A stretch of DNA of 64,000 nt from Betaproteobacteria bacterium (GCA_016868255.1 VGHN01000004.1:39162-103161); one strand, 5' to 3'; shown: positions 1-9,863, numbered from the stretch's first letter. Notes: generated by a model from the sequence alone, not told the origin. A program made the numbers and translations.

Positions 1-493
1 GCTCCAATCGTTTCTCCACCTCAAGAACGGTCTTGCCCTTGGCGATTCCGATGCGGTTGCTGACGCGAAATATATGGGTATCGACTGCGAAGGTCTCCCA
101 ACCAAAAGCCGTGTTGAGCACCACATTGGCGGTCTTTCGGCCCACACCCGGCAAGGCCTCAAGCGCCTCTCGGCTCTCGGGTACCTCGCCTTCGTGTTGG
201 TGGATCAGAAGCCTGCACGTGGCCATGACATTCTTGGCCTTGGTTCTATAGAGGCCAATCGACTCGATGCATTTGCGCACTCGGGCCTCGCCAAGTTTTA
301 GAAGGCCCTCTGGCGTGTTGGCCAACTTGAATAGAACCTCGGTGGCCTTGTTAACCGATACATCGGTGGCCTGGGCCGAGAGCATCACCGCAATCAGCAA
401 CTCGAAATTGGAGTGGTAGACCAACTCCGTGGTGGGCTGTGGATTCGCCTTCGCGAGCCGCGTAAAAATCGCCAGGCGCTTGTCCGCGTTCAA
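1..493 (-). CDS. nth: Endonuclease III (3' end runs off window)
   Basis: Manual translation from TTG at 493: ...NPQPTTELVYHSNFELLIAVMLSAQATDVSVNKAT...LPGVGRKTANVVLN...AVDTHIFRV; HhH-GPD motifs; not in ORF track because truncated. Confidence 0.95.
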   Translation of the reverse strand, partial: MNADKRLAIFTRLAKANPQPTTELVYHSNFELLIAVMLSAQATDVSVNKATEVLFKLANTPEGLLKLGEARVRKCIESIGLYRTKAKNVMATCRLLIHQHEGEVPESREALEALPGVGRKTANVVLNTAFGWETFAVDTHIFRVSNRIGIAKGKTVLEVEKRLE

Positions 494-494
494 A

Positions 495-1097
495 TCAGCG
501 CCCCGCCTGCTTCGTGGCCGAGGCGCGGCGGGCCTGTGCCTTGGCCAATGCCTGTTCGAGCAATTCTTTCTTTTGCACACCAGCCGGTGCTGCTTGGGCC
601 TCTTTTGCTCGACGGGTCTGGCGCCTCTCGAAGCGACTGCGAGATGCATTGGCATCGGCCTCGGTCCACTCACGGGTGGGCTCTGGCGCCACCATAGAAA
701 TGCAATCGACCGGACAGGTGGGCAAACACAATTCGCAACCAGTGCAGTGCATCTCCACCACCGCATGCATCAATTTGAAGGCGCCGACAATCGCATCGGT
801 GGGGCAGGCCGGTGGACACAGGGCACAGCCGATGCATCGGGACTCGTCAATGAGTGCCACCCGCAACGGGGCCTCCATCCCACATTCTTCGTTGAGTGAG
901 AGAACGGCCTGACCGGTGAGTCGCGCGAGCTTCTCGATTCCAGCGGATCCGCCCGGTGGGCAGCGGTTAATGGCCTCACCGCTCTGCGCAATGGCCTCGG
1001 CATAAGGCCTGCAGGCGGGGTAGCCACATCTCTGGCATTGGGTCTGCGGCAGCAGCGCGTCAATGGCATTGATTAAATCTTGTTGGGAGGAGCCCAT
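495..1097 (-). CDS. rsxB: RnfB/RsxB-like Fe-S electron transport subunit (no N-terminal membrane anchor)
   Basis: [26 protein letters not shown]...INRCPPGG plus two ferredoxin-type Cys motifs; ATG at 1097 (ORF-track start 1517 overlaps fpr). Confidence 0.9.
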   Translation of the reverse strand: MGSSQQDLINAIDALLPQTQCQRCGYPACRPYAEAIAQSGEAINRCPPGGSAGIEKLARLTGQAVLSLNEECGMEAPLRVALIDESRCIGCALCPPACPTDAIVGAFKLMHAVVEMHCTGCELCLPTCPVDCISMVAPEPTREWTEADANASRSRFERRQTRRAKEAQAAPAGVQKKELLEQALAKAQARRASATKQAGR

Positions 1098-1132
1098 GGG
1101 AGGGGTCTGAGGGAGGGGTCTGAGGGAGGGGG
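1098..1132. repeat. 13-bp tandem repeat GGGAGGGGTCTGA x2 plus partial third copy
   Basis: Units at 1098-1110, 1111-1123, partial 1124-1132. Confidence 0.8.
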
Positions 1133-1161
1133 ATGTCTGCGTGGCCAGGGGGCAGTGGTGG

Positions 1162-1935
1162 CTACCAATAATTCTCGGTGGCAATCTGGCCGGGCCGTGA
1201 GGAACGCGCCGATACAAAGCCGCGCTGCTTGAGCGAGGCACGCGTGTCTTGGACCATCTCAGGATTGCCACACAGCATGAGTTTCGAGCGCTCCAGAGAC
1301 ATTGGGCACTCCACCACCGACTCGAGTTCGTTGCTTTGAATGAGCGTGGGAATGCGCTGATTGGGGAATCTTGTGGACTCTCTGGTGACCACGGGCTGAT
1401 AGCGCAGCTTCTGGGCCCAATCGCCAAAGACGGGGTGGCCCCCGAATCCTTCAATCTCCTTGCGATAGGCCAACTCTTTTTCCTCGCGAACACTGTGAAC
1501 CAGCAGAATTCGATCAAAGGATTCCCAGGTGAGCGGGTCGGCCAGCATGGACATGAATGGTGCCAGCCCGGTGCCCGAGGCCAGCATCCAGAGGTCGCCC
1601 TCGAGTGCGAAGCGCTCGAGCGTCAGAAAGCCGTGGTTCTGCTCCTCCATAAAGATGGTGTCACCTGCCTTGAGGTGCTGCAACCGACTGGTGAAGGCGC
1701 CGTCGGGCACAACAATCGAGTAGTACTCCAGGTATTCATCGTAGGGGCCTGAGACCATTGAGTAGGCCCGCCATATGGTGGGCTCGGCCTCGCTGGCATC
1801 GGCCTTGATGCCCAGTCGGGCGAACTGGCCCGGGGTGAATCGAAAGCCTGCAGGTCGGGCCGTGCGAAATGAGAAGAGGTGGTCTGTCCAGCGCCAGACC
1901 CGAGTCACTTCAACTTCAATGCATTTCGCGGCCAA
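1162..1935 (-). CDS. fpr: Ferredoxin--NADP(+) reductase
   Basis: [41 protein letters not shown]-terminal ENYW; TTG start at 1935 estimated. Confidence 0.92.
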   Translation of the reverse strand: MAAKCIEVEVTRVWRWTDHLFSFRTARPAGFRFTPGQFARLGIKADASEAEPTIWRAYSMVSGPYDEYLEYYSIVVPDGAFTSRLQHLKAGDTIFMEEQNHGFLTLERFALEGDLWMLASGTGLAPFMSMLADPLTWESFDRILLVHSVREEKELAYRKEIEGFGGHPVFGDWAQKLRYQPVVTRESTRFPNQRIPTLIQSNELESVVECPMSLERSKLMLCGNPEMVQDTRASLKQRGFVSARSSRPGQIATENYW

Positions 1936-1940
1936 CGCAA

Positions 1941-2264
1941 CTAGCGCTCGAGAAGGTGGCGCTTTTCCTTCACGGGCGCCCAATCATCGGCATCGGCGGC
2001 GTGTGGTTCGAGCCGCGTAATGCTCGGCCAGTCCTTGCAGAGGTCTGCATTGATTGCGATGAAGTCTTTCTGGTCATCGGGGACATCTTCTTCGGCATAG
2101 ATGGCGTTGACCGGACACTCCGGAATGCAGACTGCACAGTCAATGCATTCATCGGGGTCGATGACCAAGAAATTGGGGCCCTTGCGGAAGCAGTCGACGG
2201 GACAGACATCGACGCAGTCGGTGTATCGGCATTTGATGCAGGATTCAGTCACAACGTGGGTCAT
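1941..2264 (-). CDS. fdxA: 7Fe ferredoxin FdxA
   Basis: MTHVVTESCIKCRYTDCVDVCPVDCF...IDPDECIDCAVCIPECPVNAI. Confidence 0.95.
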   Translation of the reverse strand: MTHVVTESCIKCRYTDCVDVCPVDCFRKGPNFLVIDPDECIDCAVCIPECPVNAIYAEEDVPDDQKDFIAINADLCKDWPSITRLEPHAADADDWAPVKEKRHLLER

Positions 2265-2344
2265 GGGTTTAAGGCTCTGTTGAAATGGGTCAATACGGTA
2301 CATTTTAGCCCTTGCCCCCTTACAGACTCATATAAGAAGACCGC

Positions 2345-3028
2345 ATGTCCCTGACCAATAGTCGAGAAAAGGTTCTCGCGCGCGTTCGTGCCTCCCTGGG
2401 CCGTGGGCCTCAACCCAGCGCGCGAGAGCGGGCCGGCGCGCGCGCCTATATGGACGAGCATCCTGCCGGGCCCCAACCCGCGGCCGCGTTCGATCGGGCC
2501 GATCAGATTGCGGGCTTTGAGACCCAGTCGCTCAAGCTCTCGGCCTCGGTGGTTCGTGTGCCCGGTGTGGACCAGGTGCCCGAGGCGGTGGCCCGCTATT
2601 TGAATCTCGAGGGCCTGGGCAATCGGGCGGTGACATGGCCGCGCTATGCAGGCCTGAACTGGGCGGCACATGGCCTACAGGTGGAAGCCCGTGCACCGAA
2701 TCGCTCACTCGATGCGCCGGACATGGTGGGCATCACCGGCTGTTTCGCGGCAATTGCCGAGACCGGCACCTTGGCCATGGCATCGGGGCCGGATTCACCC
2801 GCCTCAATGAATCTTCTGCCCGAGACCCATGTGGCCATCGTTCCAGCCAGCCGCATTGTTCCCCATATGGAAGACGTCTTTGCGCTGGTTCGTGACGAAC
2901 TGGGGCAACTTCCGAGGGCGTTTAACTTTATCTCTGGGCCTTCGCGCACGGCCGACATTGAGCAGACCATCGTGTTGGGCGCCCATGGCCCCTACCGCGT
3001 TCACATCATTATTCTGGAGCGAGACTGA
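2345..3028 (+). CDS. lutC: LUD-domain lactate utilization protein C (LutC/YkgG)
   Basis: GITGCFAAIAETGT, LLPETHVAIV, FISGPSRTADIEQTIVLGAHGP. Confidence 0.9.
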   Translation: MSLTNSREKVLARVRASLGRGPQPSARERAGARAYMDEHPAGPQPAAAFDRADQIAGFETQSLKLSASVVRVPGVDQVPEAVARYLNLEGLGNRAVTWPRYAGLNWAAHGLQVEARAPNRSLDAPDMVGITGCFAAIAETGTLAMASGPDSPASMNLLPETHVAIVPASRIVPHMEDVFALVRDELGQLPRAFNFISGPSRTADIEQTIVLGAHGPYRVHIIILERD

Positions 3029-3030
3029 GC

Positions 3031-3987
3031 ATGGCCAAGCCATCTCTGGTGATCACCCGCCGCATTTATCCCGAGGCCATCGAGGCCCTATCGGCCCACT
3101 TCGATATCGCCTTTGAGAACCAGTCCAGCGATACGCCGCTCACCAAGCCCGAACTCATCGAGAAACTCGCCCAGGCGCAATACCTCTTCTGCACCGTGGC
3201 CGACAAGGTCGATGCCGAGGTCATCTCGGCCGCGACCCAACTCAAGATGATTGCGACCGGTGCGGTGGGCTACAACAACATTGATGCAGCCGCATGCAAG
3301 GCCCGAGGCATTCGACTGAGCAACACCCCGGACGTGCTCACCGAGACCACCGCAGACTTCGCCTTTGCACTTCTTATGGCCACAGCACGACGCGTCTCAG
3401 AGTCCGAGCGCTATGTTCGCTCTGGCCAATGGAAGGGCTGGGCTTTTGATCAGTTCACCGGCGTGGATGTGCACGGGGCCACCCTGGGCATCATGGGAAT
3501 GGGCCGCATCGGTGGGGCCATTGCCAAGCGCGGCGCGGGTTTTGGCATGCAGGTGCTCTATCACAATCGCGGGCAGGCCAAGCAGGAGAATGGTGCAAGG
3601 CTGGTGGACCGGGAAACGCTTCTGAAGTCTTCGGATTTCGTGGTGCTGGTGGTGCCCTATTCACCAGAGACCCATCACTTCATTCAGGCCAAGGACATCG
3701 ATCTGATGAAGCCCACCGCCTGCCTGATCAACATCGCGCGCGGTGGGGTGGTCAAGGACGAAGATCTCTTGGCGGCCCTTCGTGCGGGCAAGATTCGCGC
3801 CGCAGGGCTCGATGTCTTCGAGGGCGAACCGGCCCTACTGCCGGGCTTTCTGGAGCTCGAGAATGTGGTGCTCACCCCGCACATTGCGAGTTCGTCTCGG
3901 GCCACCCGGGGCCGCATGGTCTCGCTTGCGGCCGAGAACCTCATTGCCCATGTGCAGGGTCTTCCACTCAAGACCCCCGTGATCTAG
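3031..3987 (+). CDS. D-2-hydroxyacid dehydrogenase (glyoxylate/hydroxypyruvate reductase family)
   Basis: AVGYNNID, NTPDVLTETTAD, GMGRIG, NIARG, LDVFEGEP, TPHIAS. Confidence 0.9.
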   Translation: MAKPSLVITRRIYPEAIEALSAHFDIAFENQSSDTPLTKPELIEKLAQAQYLFCTVADKVDAEVISAATQLKMIATGAVGYNNIDAAACKARGIRLSNTPDVLTETTADFAFALLMATARRVSESERYVRSGQWKGWAFDQFTGVDVHGATLGIMGMGRIGGAIAKRGAGFGMQVLYHNRGQAKQENGARLVDRETLLKSSDFVVLVVPYSPETHHFIQAKDIDLMKPTACLINIARGGVVKDEDLLAALRAGKIRAAGLDVFEGEPALLPGFLELENVVLTPHIASSSRATRGRMVSLAAENLIAHVQGLPLKTPVI

Positions 3988-3993
3988 GGCGGC

Positions 3994-4022
3994 TTGTCCC
4001 AGAAGGCCAGCTGGCCTATAAT
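3994..4022 (+). promoter_or_regulatory. Sigma70 promoter of rpsF operon
   Basis: TTGTCC (3994-3999), 17-nt spacer, TATAAT (4017-4022). Confidence 0.7.
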
Positions 4023-4146
4023 CAGAGGTTCTTTGCCACACTGGCTCTTGACGGTTATCTCTTGTCCATTTCGGGCTGCGTTTTTGTTGCCCGGGCCGAC
4101 AAGTGAATCCAGGTGGTTTTTCCCACGAAGAGAAGGAGGTGCGCAC

Positions 4147-4512
4147 ATGCGTCACTATGAGGTTGTTTTCGTTGTCCATCCCGATCAGAGCGAGCAGGTG
4201 CCCGCCATGATCGAGCGCTACACGGCATTGGTCAGTTCCAAAGGGGGCAAGGTCCACCGTTTGGAAGATTGGGGCCGCCGTCAGTTGGCCTATCCCATCG
4301 AGAAGGTTGCCAAAGCCCACTACGTGCTCATGAACATTGAGTGCGGCCAGGCCGAACTCGATGAACTCGAGCATGCCTTCCGTTTCAACGACGCGGTGCT
4401 TCGCCACCTGGTTGTAAAAATGAAGAAGGCCGAGACCGGCCCCTCGCCCATGCTGAAGGTGATTCAGCGCGAGGAATCCCGCAAGGCCGCTGCCGAGACA
4501 CAAGCAGCCTAG
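4147..4512 (+). CDS. rpsF: 30S ribosomal protein S6
   Basis: [25 protein letters not shown]...[14 protein letters not shown]; SD AAGGAGGT upstream. Confidence 0.97.
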   Translation: MRHYEVVFVVHPDQSEQVPAMIERYTALVSSKGGKVHRLEDWGRRQLAYPIEKVAKAHYVLMNIECGQAELDELEHAFRFNDAVLRHLVVKMKKAETGPSPMLKVIQREESRKAAAETQAA

Positions 4513-4547
4513 CGAAACCACGAGACCACCAGCGGGGTTTTGCGAGC

Positions 4548-4895
4548 GTGAACCAAGTCGCCTTTTCGGGCCGATTGGTAGAGCGCAAGCCCCTGCGAGT
4601 GAACCCGAGCGGACATGCAAGCCTTGAATGTATTTTGTGGCACGAGTCCTCTGTTACAGAGGCTGGTCAGTCGCGTCGACTCTCTTACCCAACGGCGGGC
4701 ATCGCCCTGGGGTCGGTGGCCGAGCGACTCGCTGCGCTTGCACCCAATGCCTGCGTTCGAGTCAAAGGCTTTCTGGCACCACGCCGAGGCGCATTTCAGA
4801 CCGGCGACGATCTATCGCTCAAGCCCGCTGCACTGAACCTTCACATTACCGATTTCGTTTTGGAGAATCCCAATCATGTACCGCAAGTCATTTGA
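4548..4895 (+). CDS. priB: Primosomal replication protein PriB
   Basis: OB-fold-like sequence ([21 protein letters not shown]) between rpsF and rpsR. Confidence 0.85.
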   Translation: MNQVAFSGRLVERKPLRVNPSGHASLECILWHESSVTEAGQSRRLSYPTAGIALGSVAERLAALAPNACVRVKGFLAPRRGAFQTGDDLSLKPAALNLHITDFVLENPNHVPQVI

Positions 4896-5148
4896 TAAAA
4901 ACAAGCGCCCCAAGCGCCCCACCCAGACCGCGCTCTTTAAGCGCAAGCGCGTCTGCCGCTTTACGGCAGAGGGCATTGAGCAGATCGATTACAAAGACAT
5001 CGACACCCTTCGTGATTTTGTGACCGAGACGGGCAAGATCATTCCTGCTCGAATCACCGGCACCAATGCCCGCTATCAGCGTCAACTCACCACAGCCATC
5101 AAGCGTGCGCGGTTTCTGGCCCTGTTGGCATTCACCGACAACCATTAA
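4876..5148 (+). CDS. rpsR: 30S ribosomal protein S18
   Basis: [27 protein letters not shown]...[18 protein letters not shown]. Confidence 0.97.
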   Translation: MYRKSFDKNKRPKRPTQTALFKRKRVCRFTAEGIEQIDYKDIDTLRDFVTETGKIIPARITGTNARYQRQLTTAIKRARFLALLAFTDNH

Positions 5149-5162
5149 GAGCGAGACAACCC

Positions 5163-5618
5163 ATGCAAGTTATTCTTTTGGAAAAGATCTCGAACCTGGG
5201 CCAACTCGGTGAGGTGGTGCGAGTCAAAGACGGCTACGCCCGTAATTTCCTCATTCCCCAGGGCATGGCCCGTCGTGCCACCCAAACCGCAATTGCCGAA
5301 TTTGAAGCCCGACGCGCCGAACTCGAGCGCCAGGCCGCCGAGCGACTCGCTGCGGCCCAGGCCGTGGCGAGCAAACTCGAAGGCGAGCAGGTGGAAATGC
5401 GTCAGAAGGCCGGTGTGGATGGCCGTCTCTTTGGCTCGGTCACCAACTTTGACATTGCCAATGCCTTAACCGGTATGGGCCACGCCATTGCGAAGGCCCA
5501 GGTGCGCATGCCCGATGGTCCGATCAAGACCATTGGCGAGTTTCCCATTCAGGTGGTGCCGCACACGGATGCAGTGGCCACCATTACGGTTCGGGTTCTG
5601 CCCGACAACACGCAGTAA
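5163..5618 (+). CDS. rplI: 50S ribosomal protein L9
   Basis: MQVILLEK...[19 protein letters not shown]; GRLFGSVT. Confidence 0.97.
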   Translation: MQVILLEKISNLGQLGEVVRVKDGYARNFLIPQGMARRATQTAIAEFEARRAELERQAAERLAAAQAVASKLEGEQVEMRQKAGVDGRLFGSVTNFDIANALTGMGHAIAKAQVRMPDGPIKTIGEFPIQVVPHTDAVATITVRVLPDNTQ

Positions 5619-5647
5619 CGCAGCGCAGCTGTTAATCGGTCCTGCCC

Positions 5648-7030
5648 ATGGCCGATGATCCCACTGCCTCGCTTCGGCTCCCACCGCATTCGGTGGAGGC
5701 CGAAGCCGCAGTATTGGGCGGACTCCTCCTCGATAACTCCGCATTCGACCGGGTCGGTGACTTTCTCCGAGCCGATGATTTCTATCGCGCCGATCATCGG
5801 CAGATCTTCGAGGCCATTTCTCGTCTGGTCCAGTCGGCGCGGCCGGCCGATGTCGTCACCGTATTCGAGGCCCTTCAGTCGCTGGGGCAGGCCGAGGACG
5901 CCGGTGGGCTGAGTTACATCAACTCCCTGGCGATTGAGACTCCATCGGCCTCGAACATTCGTCGTTACGCAGAGATCGTTCGGGACCGAGCGATTCTTCG
6001 CAAGCTCATTTCAGTGAGCGACAACATCGCCACCACGGCCCTCAATCCCGCTGGCAAGGAGACGCGGCAGATTCTCGATGAGGCCGAGACCCAGATTTTT
6101 CGAATTGGCGAAGAAGGTGCGCGTGGGCGACAGCAGGCCGCAGACTTCGATGAATTGCTCAACAACGTGGTCTTGCGAATCGATGAACTCGCGAACAATC
6201 CGAATCCATCCGATGTCACCGGCGTGCCCTCGGGGTTCATCGACCTGGACCAGAAGACCGCCGGCATGCACGGGGGCGATCTCATCATCGTGGCGGGTCG
6301 TCCGAGCATGGGGAAGACCTCCTTTGCACTCAATGTGGCCGAGCATGTGGCCATTGATCAAGGCCTGCCCATTGCGGTCTTCAGCATGGAGATGGGGGCC
6401 GAACAGTTGGTCTTGCGCATGCTCTGCTCGGTGGGCCGCATCGATGCACAGCGCCTGCGCACCGGACGCCTGCATGAGGACGACTGGGACCGGCTCACCC
6501 ACGCCACCAAGCGGCTCAAAGGTGTGCAGGCCTACATCGATGAGACCCCCGCCCTAAACCCCCTGGAACTTCGCAGCCGCGCCCGCCGCATGTCGCGCAT
6601 TGCTGGGGGGCTGCAACTCATTGTGGTGGACTACATTCAGCTCATGAGCGCAAGTTCATCGGGAGAGAATCGCACCACAGAGATCTCCGAGATCACGCGC
6701 TCACTCAAGAGCCTGGCCAAGGAACTCAACTGCCCGGTCATTGCCCTCTCGCAACTCAATCGCACGGTAGAGCAACGCACCGACAAGCGGCCGGTGATGA
6801 GCGATCTGCGCGAGAGCGGTGCCATCGAGCAGGATGCCGATCTCATTCTTTTTATTTATCGCGACGAGGTCTATCGCCCCGACACCCCGGACAAGGGCGT
6901 GGCTGAAATCATTATTGGCAAGCAGAGAAATGGCCCGATCGGCACTGTGCGCCTGACTTTCCAGGGGCAGTTCACCAAATTCGAGAACCATGCACCGGCG
7001 CCGCCCTCGGGCTATGGCAGCAGTTATTGA
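5648..7030 (+). CDS. dnaB: Replicative DNA helicase
   Basis: PPHSVEAE, Walker A GRPSMGKT, IVVDYIQLM, LSQLNR, SDLRESGAIEQDAD; no intein. Confidence 0.97.
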   Translation: MADDPTASLRLPPHSVEAEAAVLGGLLLDNSAFDRVGDFLRADDFYRADHRQIFEAISRLVQSARPADVVTVFEALQSLGQAEDAGGLSYINSLAIETPSASNIRRYAEIVRDRAILRKLISVSDNIATTALNPAGKETRQILDEAETQIFRIGEEGARGRQQAADFDELLNNVVLRIDELANNPNPSDVTGVPSGFIDLDQKTAGMHGGDLIIVAGRPSMGKTSFALNVAEHVAIDQGLPIAVFSMEMGAEQLVLRMLCSVGRIDAQRLRTGRLHEDDWDRLTHATKRLKGVQAYIDETPALNPLELRSRARRMSRIAGGLQLIVVDYIQLMSASSSGENRTTEISEITRSLKSLAKELNCPVIALSQLNRTVEQRTDKRPVMSDLRESGAIEQDADLILFIYRDEVYRPDTPDKGVAEIIIGKQRNGPIGTVRLTFQGQFTKFENHAPAPPSGYGSSY

Positions 7031-7104
7031 GTCGACACAAGCGCTTCGAGGCAGCCGCCAAGAATTCATTCTCGCATTCCCGACCCCATTCCTTCTCTCT
7101 CACC

Positions 7105-7800
7105 ATGAAAAATCTTCCTACTGTTCCCGCCGCAACACTGCCCATTCTGAATTCCTCTCAGCGTTTTCCAGTGCGCCGAGTCTACTGTGTGGGGCGCAAT
7201 TACGCAGACCACGCCAAAGAAATGGGCGACACCGGCCGCGAGCCGCCTTTCTTCTTCATCAAGCCGCCCGACACGCTTTTTGAGTGCCCGCCCAATGCCA
7301 GCGTGGATTGGCCTTATCCATCACTCACCGACGATCTCCACTACGAAGTGGAACTGGTGGTGGCACTGAATGCCGGCGGCAGTCGCCTCGACGCGGCAGC
7401 GGCGAGGGCAGCCATTTGGGGCTACGGGTTGGGCCTGGACATGACCCGGCGCGATCGCCAGGCCGAGATGAAAAAGCAATCCAAGCCCTGGGAAATCGGA
7501 AAGTCGTTTGACCATGCCTCCCCCATCGGACCATTGCTTCCAGCCGATGCCTTGGGTGGGCTGGTCACGAGCGGCGAGATCTCATTGGCCGTCAATGGTG
7601 AGCAGCGCCAACGGGGTGACTTTGCCCAGATGATCTGGAACATTGAAGAGATGATCTGCAAGATTTCCGAGGCCTGGACCCTGGCCCCCGGGGACATTAT
7701 CTTCACGGGCACGCCGGCCGGTGTGGGACCGGTGGTGCGTGGCGATGAGATTCGTGCAAAGGCCGCTGGCCTGCCCGATTTGGTCTTGCGCTTAAATTAG
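7105..7800 (+). CDS. Fumarylacetoacetate hydrolase family protein
   Basis: RRVYCVGRNYADHAKEMG, LHYEVELVV, LDMTRRD, GDIIFTGTPAGVG. Confidence 0.9.
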   Translation: MKNLPTVPAATLPILNSSQRFPVRRVYCVGRNYADHAKEMGDTGREPPFFFIKPPDTLFECPPNASVDWPYPSLTDDLHYEVELVVALNAGGSRLDAAAARAAIWGYGLGLDMTRRDRQAEMKKQSKPWEIGKSFDHASPIGPLLPADALGGLVTSGEISLAVNGEQRQRGDFAQMIWNIEEMICKISEAWTLAPGDIIFTGTPAGVGPVVRGDEIRAKAAGLPDLVLRLN

Positions 7801-8652
7801 TTTTCCGCCCAGGGCGATGGGCGCGGCCCGACCGCACCACTCGCTCCAAGAACCGGCGTAGAGGGCGCTGCCCGCAAGGCCTGCTGCCTCCATGGCCAGC
7901 AGGTTATGGCAGGCCGAGATGCCCGACCCGCAGGTATGAACCACAGAGGTGGGGTCGGCATCACCGAGCAGTGCCATGAATTCGGCCTGCAACTCCGATG
8001 CAGATTTAAAACGGCCCTTCTCATTGAGGTTACTCATATAAGGGCGGTTGATGGCGCCGGGAATATGGCCCGCCACGGGATCGATGGGTTCGACTTCTCC
8101 TCGGTAACGATCGGCGGCGCGGGCATCGAGCAATACGGCAAACTCAGGATTTGAGGAGGCGGCCACCCAGGCCTCAATCATCTCTAAATTCCATCGCGGG
8201 CAGAGGCTGGGGCGCAGCGACATCTTCCCCGGCTTGGTGGCTTTGAATTCATTGGTCTTGAGCGGCCCACCCGAGTCGAGCCAGCCCTTGAGGCCGCCAT
8301 CGAGCACGGCCACCTTGAGGTGGCCGATCCAGCGCGCGAGCCACCAGAATCGAGCCGCAAACAAGCCCCCTTGGTCGTCGTAGGCCACCAAGAGTGTCTC
8401 TTCGGTGGCGCCGAGTTCCGCCAGTCGTTGGGCGAAATCTTCTGGCTTGGGCAGTGGGTGGCGTCCGCCATTGCCGGGGCTGGAATCCCCACTGAGTTCT
8501 TCATCGACGGAGAGAAAGGCCGCGCCAGGAAGGTGCCCTTGGGCATAGGCCATGATTCCTGCGGTGGGGTCATTCAGGCTGTGACGAACGTCGATAAGAA
8601 TGAGTGGCCCCTCGTAGGCCACCACCTCTTGGCTGGTGATGATGGGATTCAT
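7792..8652 (-). CDS. sseA: Two-domain rhodanese / 3-mercaptopyruvate sulfurtransferase
   Basis: GHLPGA, GRHPLP, GHIPGA, active-site CGSGISAC, YAGSWSEW. Confidence 0.9.
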   Translation of the reverse strand: MNPIITSQEVVAYEGPLILIDVRHSLNDPTAGIMAYAQGHLPGAAFLSVDEELSGDSSPGNGGRHPLPKPEDFAQRLAELGATEETLLVAYDDQGGLFAARFWWLARWIGHLKVAVLDGGLKGWLDSGGPLKTNEFKATKPGKMSLRPSLCPRWNLEMIEAWVAASSNPEFAVLLDARAADRYRGEVEPIDPVAGHIPGAINRPYMSNLNEKGRFKSASELQAEFMALLGDADPTSVVHTCGSGISACHNLLAMEAAGLAGSALYAGSWSEWCGRAAPIALGGKLI

Positions 8653-9761
8653 ACGGGGGCGTTCATGGCCTCGCCCAGGCGGCGTCGCATGTACTCATGA
8701 AAATGAAGCATGCCGTCCTCCATGGGGGAATGGTAGGGGCCAATCTCGTTGCGGCCCGCCCGCATCAGTGCGCGTCGTCCGCGGTCCATCCGAATCGCAA
8801 TCTCATCGTCTTCCACCACCGTCTCGTTGTAAGCCGCCTGCTGGGCCTCCATGTAAGAGGGCTCGAAGTGGAAGATCTCTTCGGGGTAATAGAACTCAAC
8901 CACATTGAGGGTCTCTTGGGGTGAGACGGGATGCAGATGGCTGACCACCAAGACCTTCGGATACCACTCCACCATGATATTGGGGTAGATGGTCATCCAG
9001 ATGGCGCCGAACTCCGGCAGTGCACCCCCGTGCATTCGCAGGACCTCGTCGTGCCAACGCTTGTAGGTGGGGGTGGCGGCATCGGTCAGTGATGTAATGC
9101 CCACGGCCTGGAGGTTGTAGTTCTCGCCGAGGTGCCAGCGCAGGCGGTCGCAATCCACGAACTGGCCGAGTCCAGGATGAAAGGGCGCCACATGGTAGTC
9201 ATCCAAGTAGACCTCGATAAAACTCTTCCAGTTGTAATTACAGAGATGGGACTGGCTCTTGCCAAAGACATAACCACTGAAATCGAGATACTCAAAAAAG
9301 GGCACCGATTGAAGCTCCTTGAGCAGCGATGCATCGCTCTCGAAGAGGAGGCCATTCCACTCGGCAAGCGACTGACGGCGCAGGTGGCGGCAGGGGTCCT
9401 TCTCGAAGTGGGGGGCGCCAAGCAACTGGCCATCCAGGGCGTAGGTCCAGCGGTGCAGTGGGCAGACAATCGATTCGGTCTGACCACGGCCCTCGAGCAT
9501 GACCGCCTGGCGGTGGCGACAGATGTTCGAGAGCAACTCCACCCCATCGCCCTGATGCACAAGGACGCGCCCATGGTCTTCATGGGCAAGTGTGTGGAAG
9601 TGGCCCCGCTCCGGAACCATGAGGCGATGGCCCACATAGCCGGGACCAGCCTGGAAGCAAGCCTGTCGCTCTTGGGCAAGAAGCGACTCATTGAAGTAAG
9701 CCCAAACCGGCAGCTGTGCGGCCGCTGGTTCAAGCCTCGAAAAGGTGCCGACGTCAGACAT
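8649..9761 (-). CDS. Rieske non-heme iron oxygenase alpha subunit (substrate unknown)
   Basis: Rieske CRH...CPLH; mononuclear Fe motif NWK...YLDDYHVAPFH...EDD. Confidence 0.9.
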   Translation of the reverse strand: MSDVGTFSRLEPAAAQLPVWAYFNESLLAQERQACFQAGPGYVGHRLMVPERGHFHTLAHEDHGRVLVHQGDGVELLSNICRHRQAVMLEGRGQTESIVCPLHRWTYALDGQLLGAPHFEKDPCRHLRRQSLAEWNGLLFESDASLLKELQSVPFFEYLDFSGYVFGKSQSHLCNYNWKSFIEVYLDDYHVAPFHPGLGQFVDCDRLRWHLGENYNLQAVGITSLTDAATPTYKRWHDEVLRMHGGALPEFGAIWMTIYPNIMVEWYPKVLVVSHLHPVSPQETLNVVEFYYPEEIFHFEPSYMEAQQAAYNETVVEDDEIAIRMDRGRRALMRAGRNEIGPYHSPMEDGMLHFHEYMRRRLGEAMNAPV

Positions 9762-9863
9762 CGAAGCCCCCTCATTAGCCAAGGAAGGCCGATAATTATA
9801 CCCGTCGAAGGCACGCATGATTGGCACCGTGAACAGGCCCTTGGGGCGAATAGAATGTCGACT

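Noticed and set aside
5648-7030. Possible intein in dnaB
   Set aside because: 460 aa with continuous helicase motifs; no insertion
9132-9863. Long N-terminal extensions in the ORF track (xseB 346 aa, rnfB 340 aa, icd 515 aa, argA 566 aa, clpS 237 aa) as fusions
   Set aside because: Extensions overlap neighbouring real genes; artefacts of taking the most upstream start
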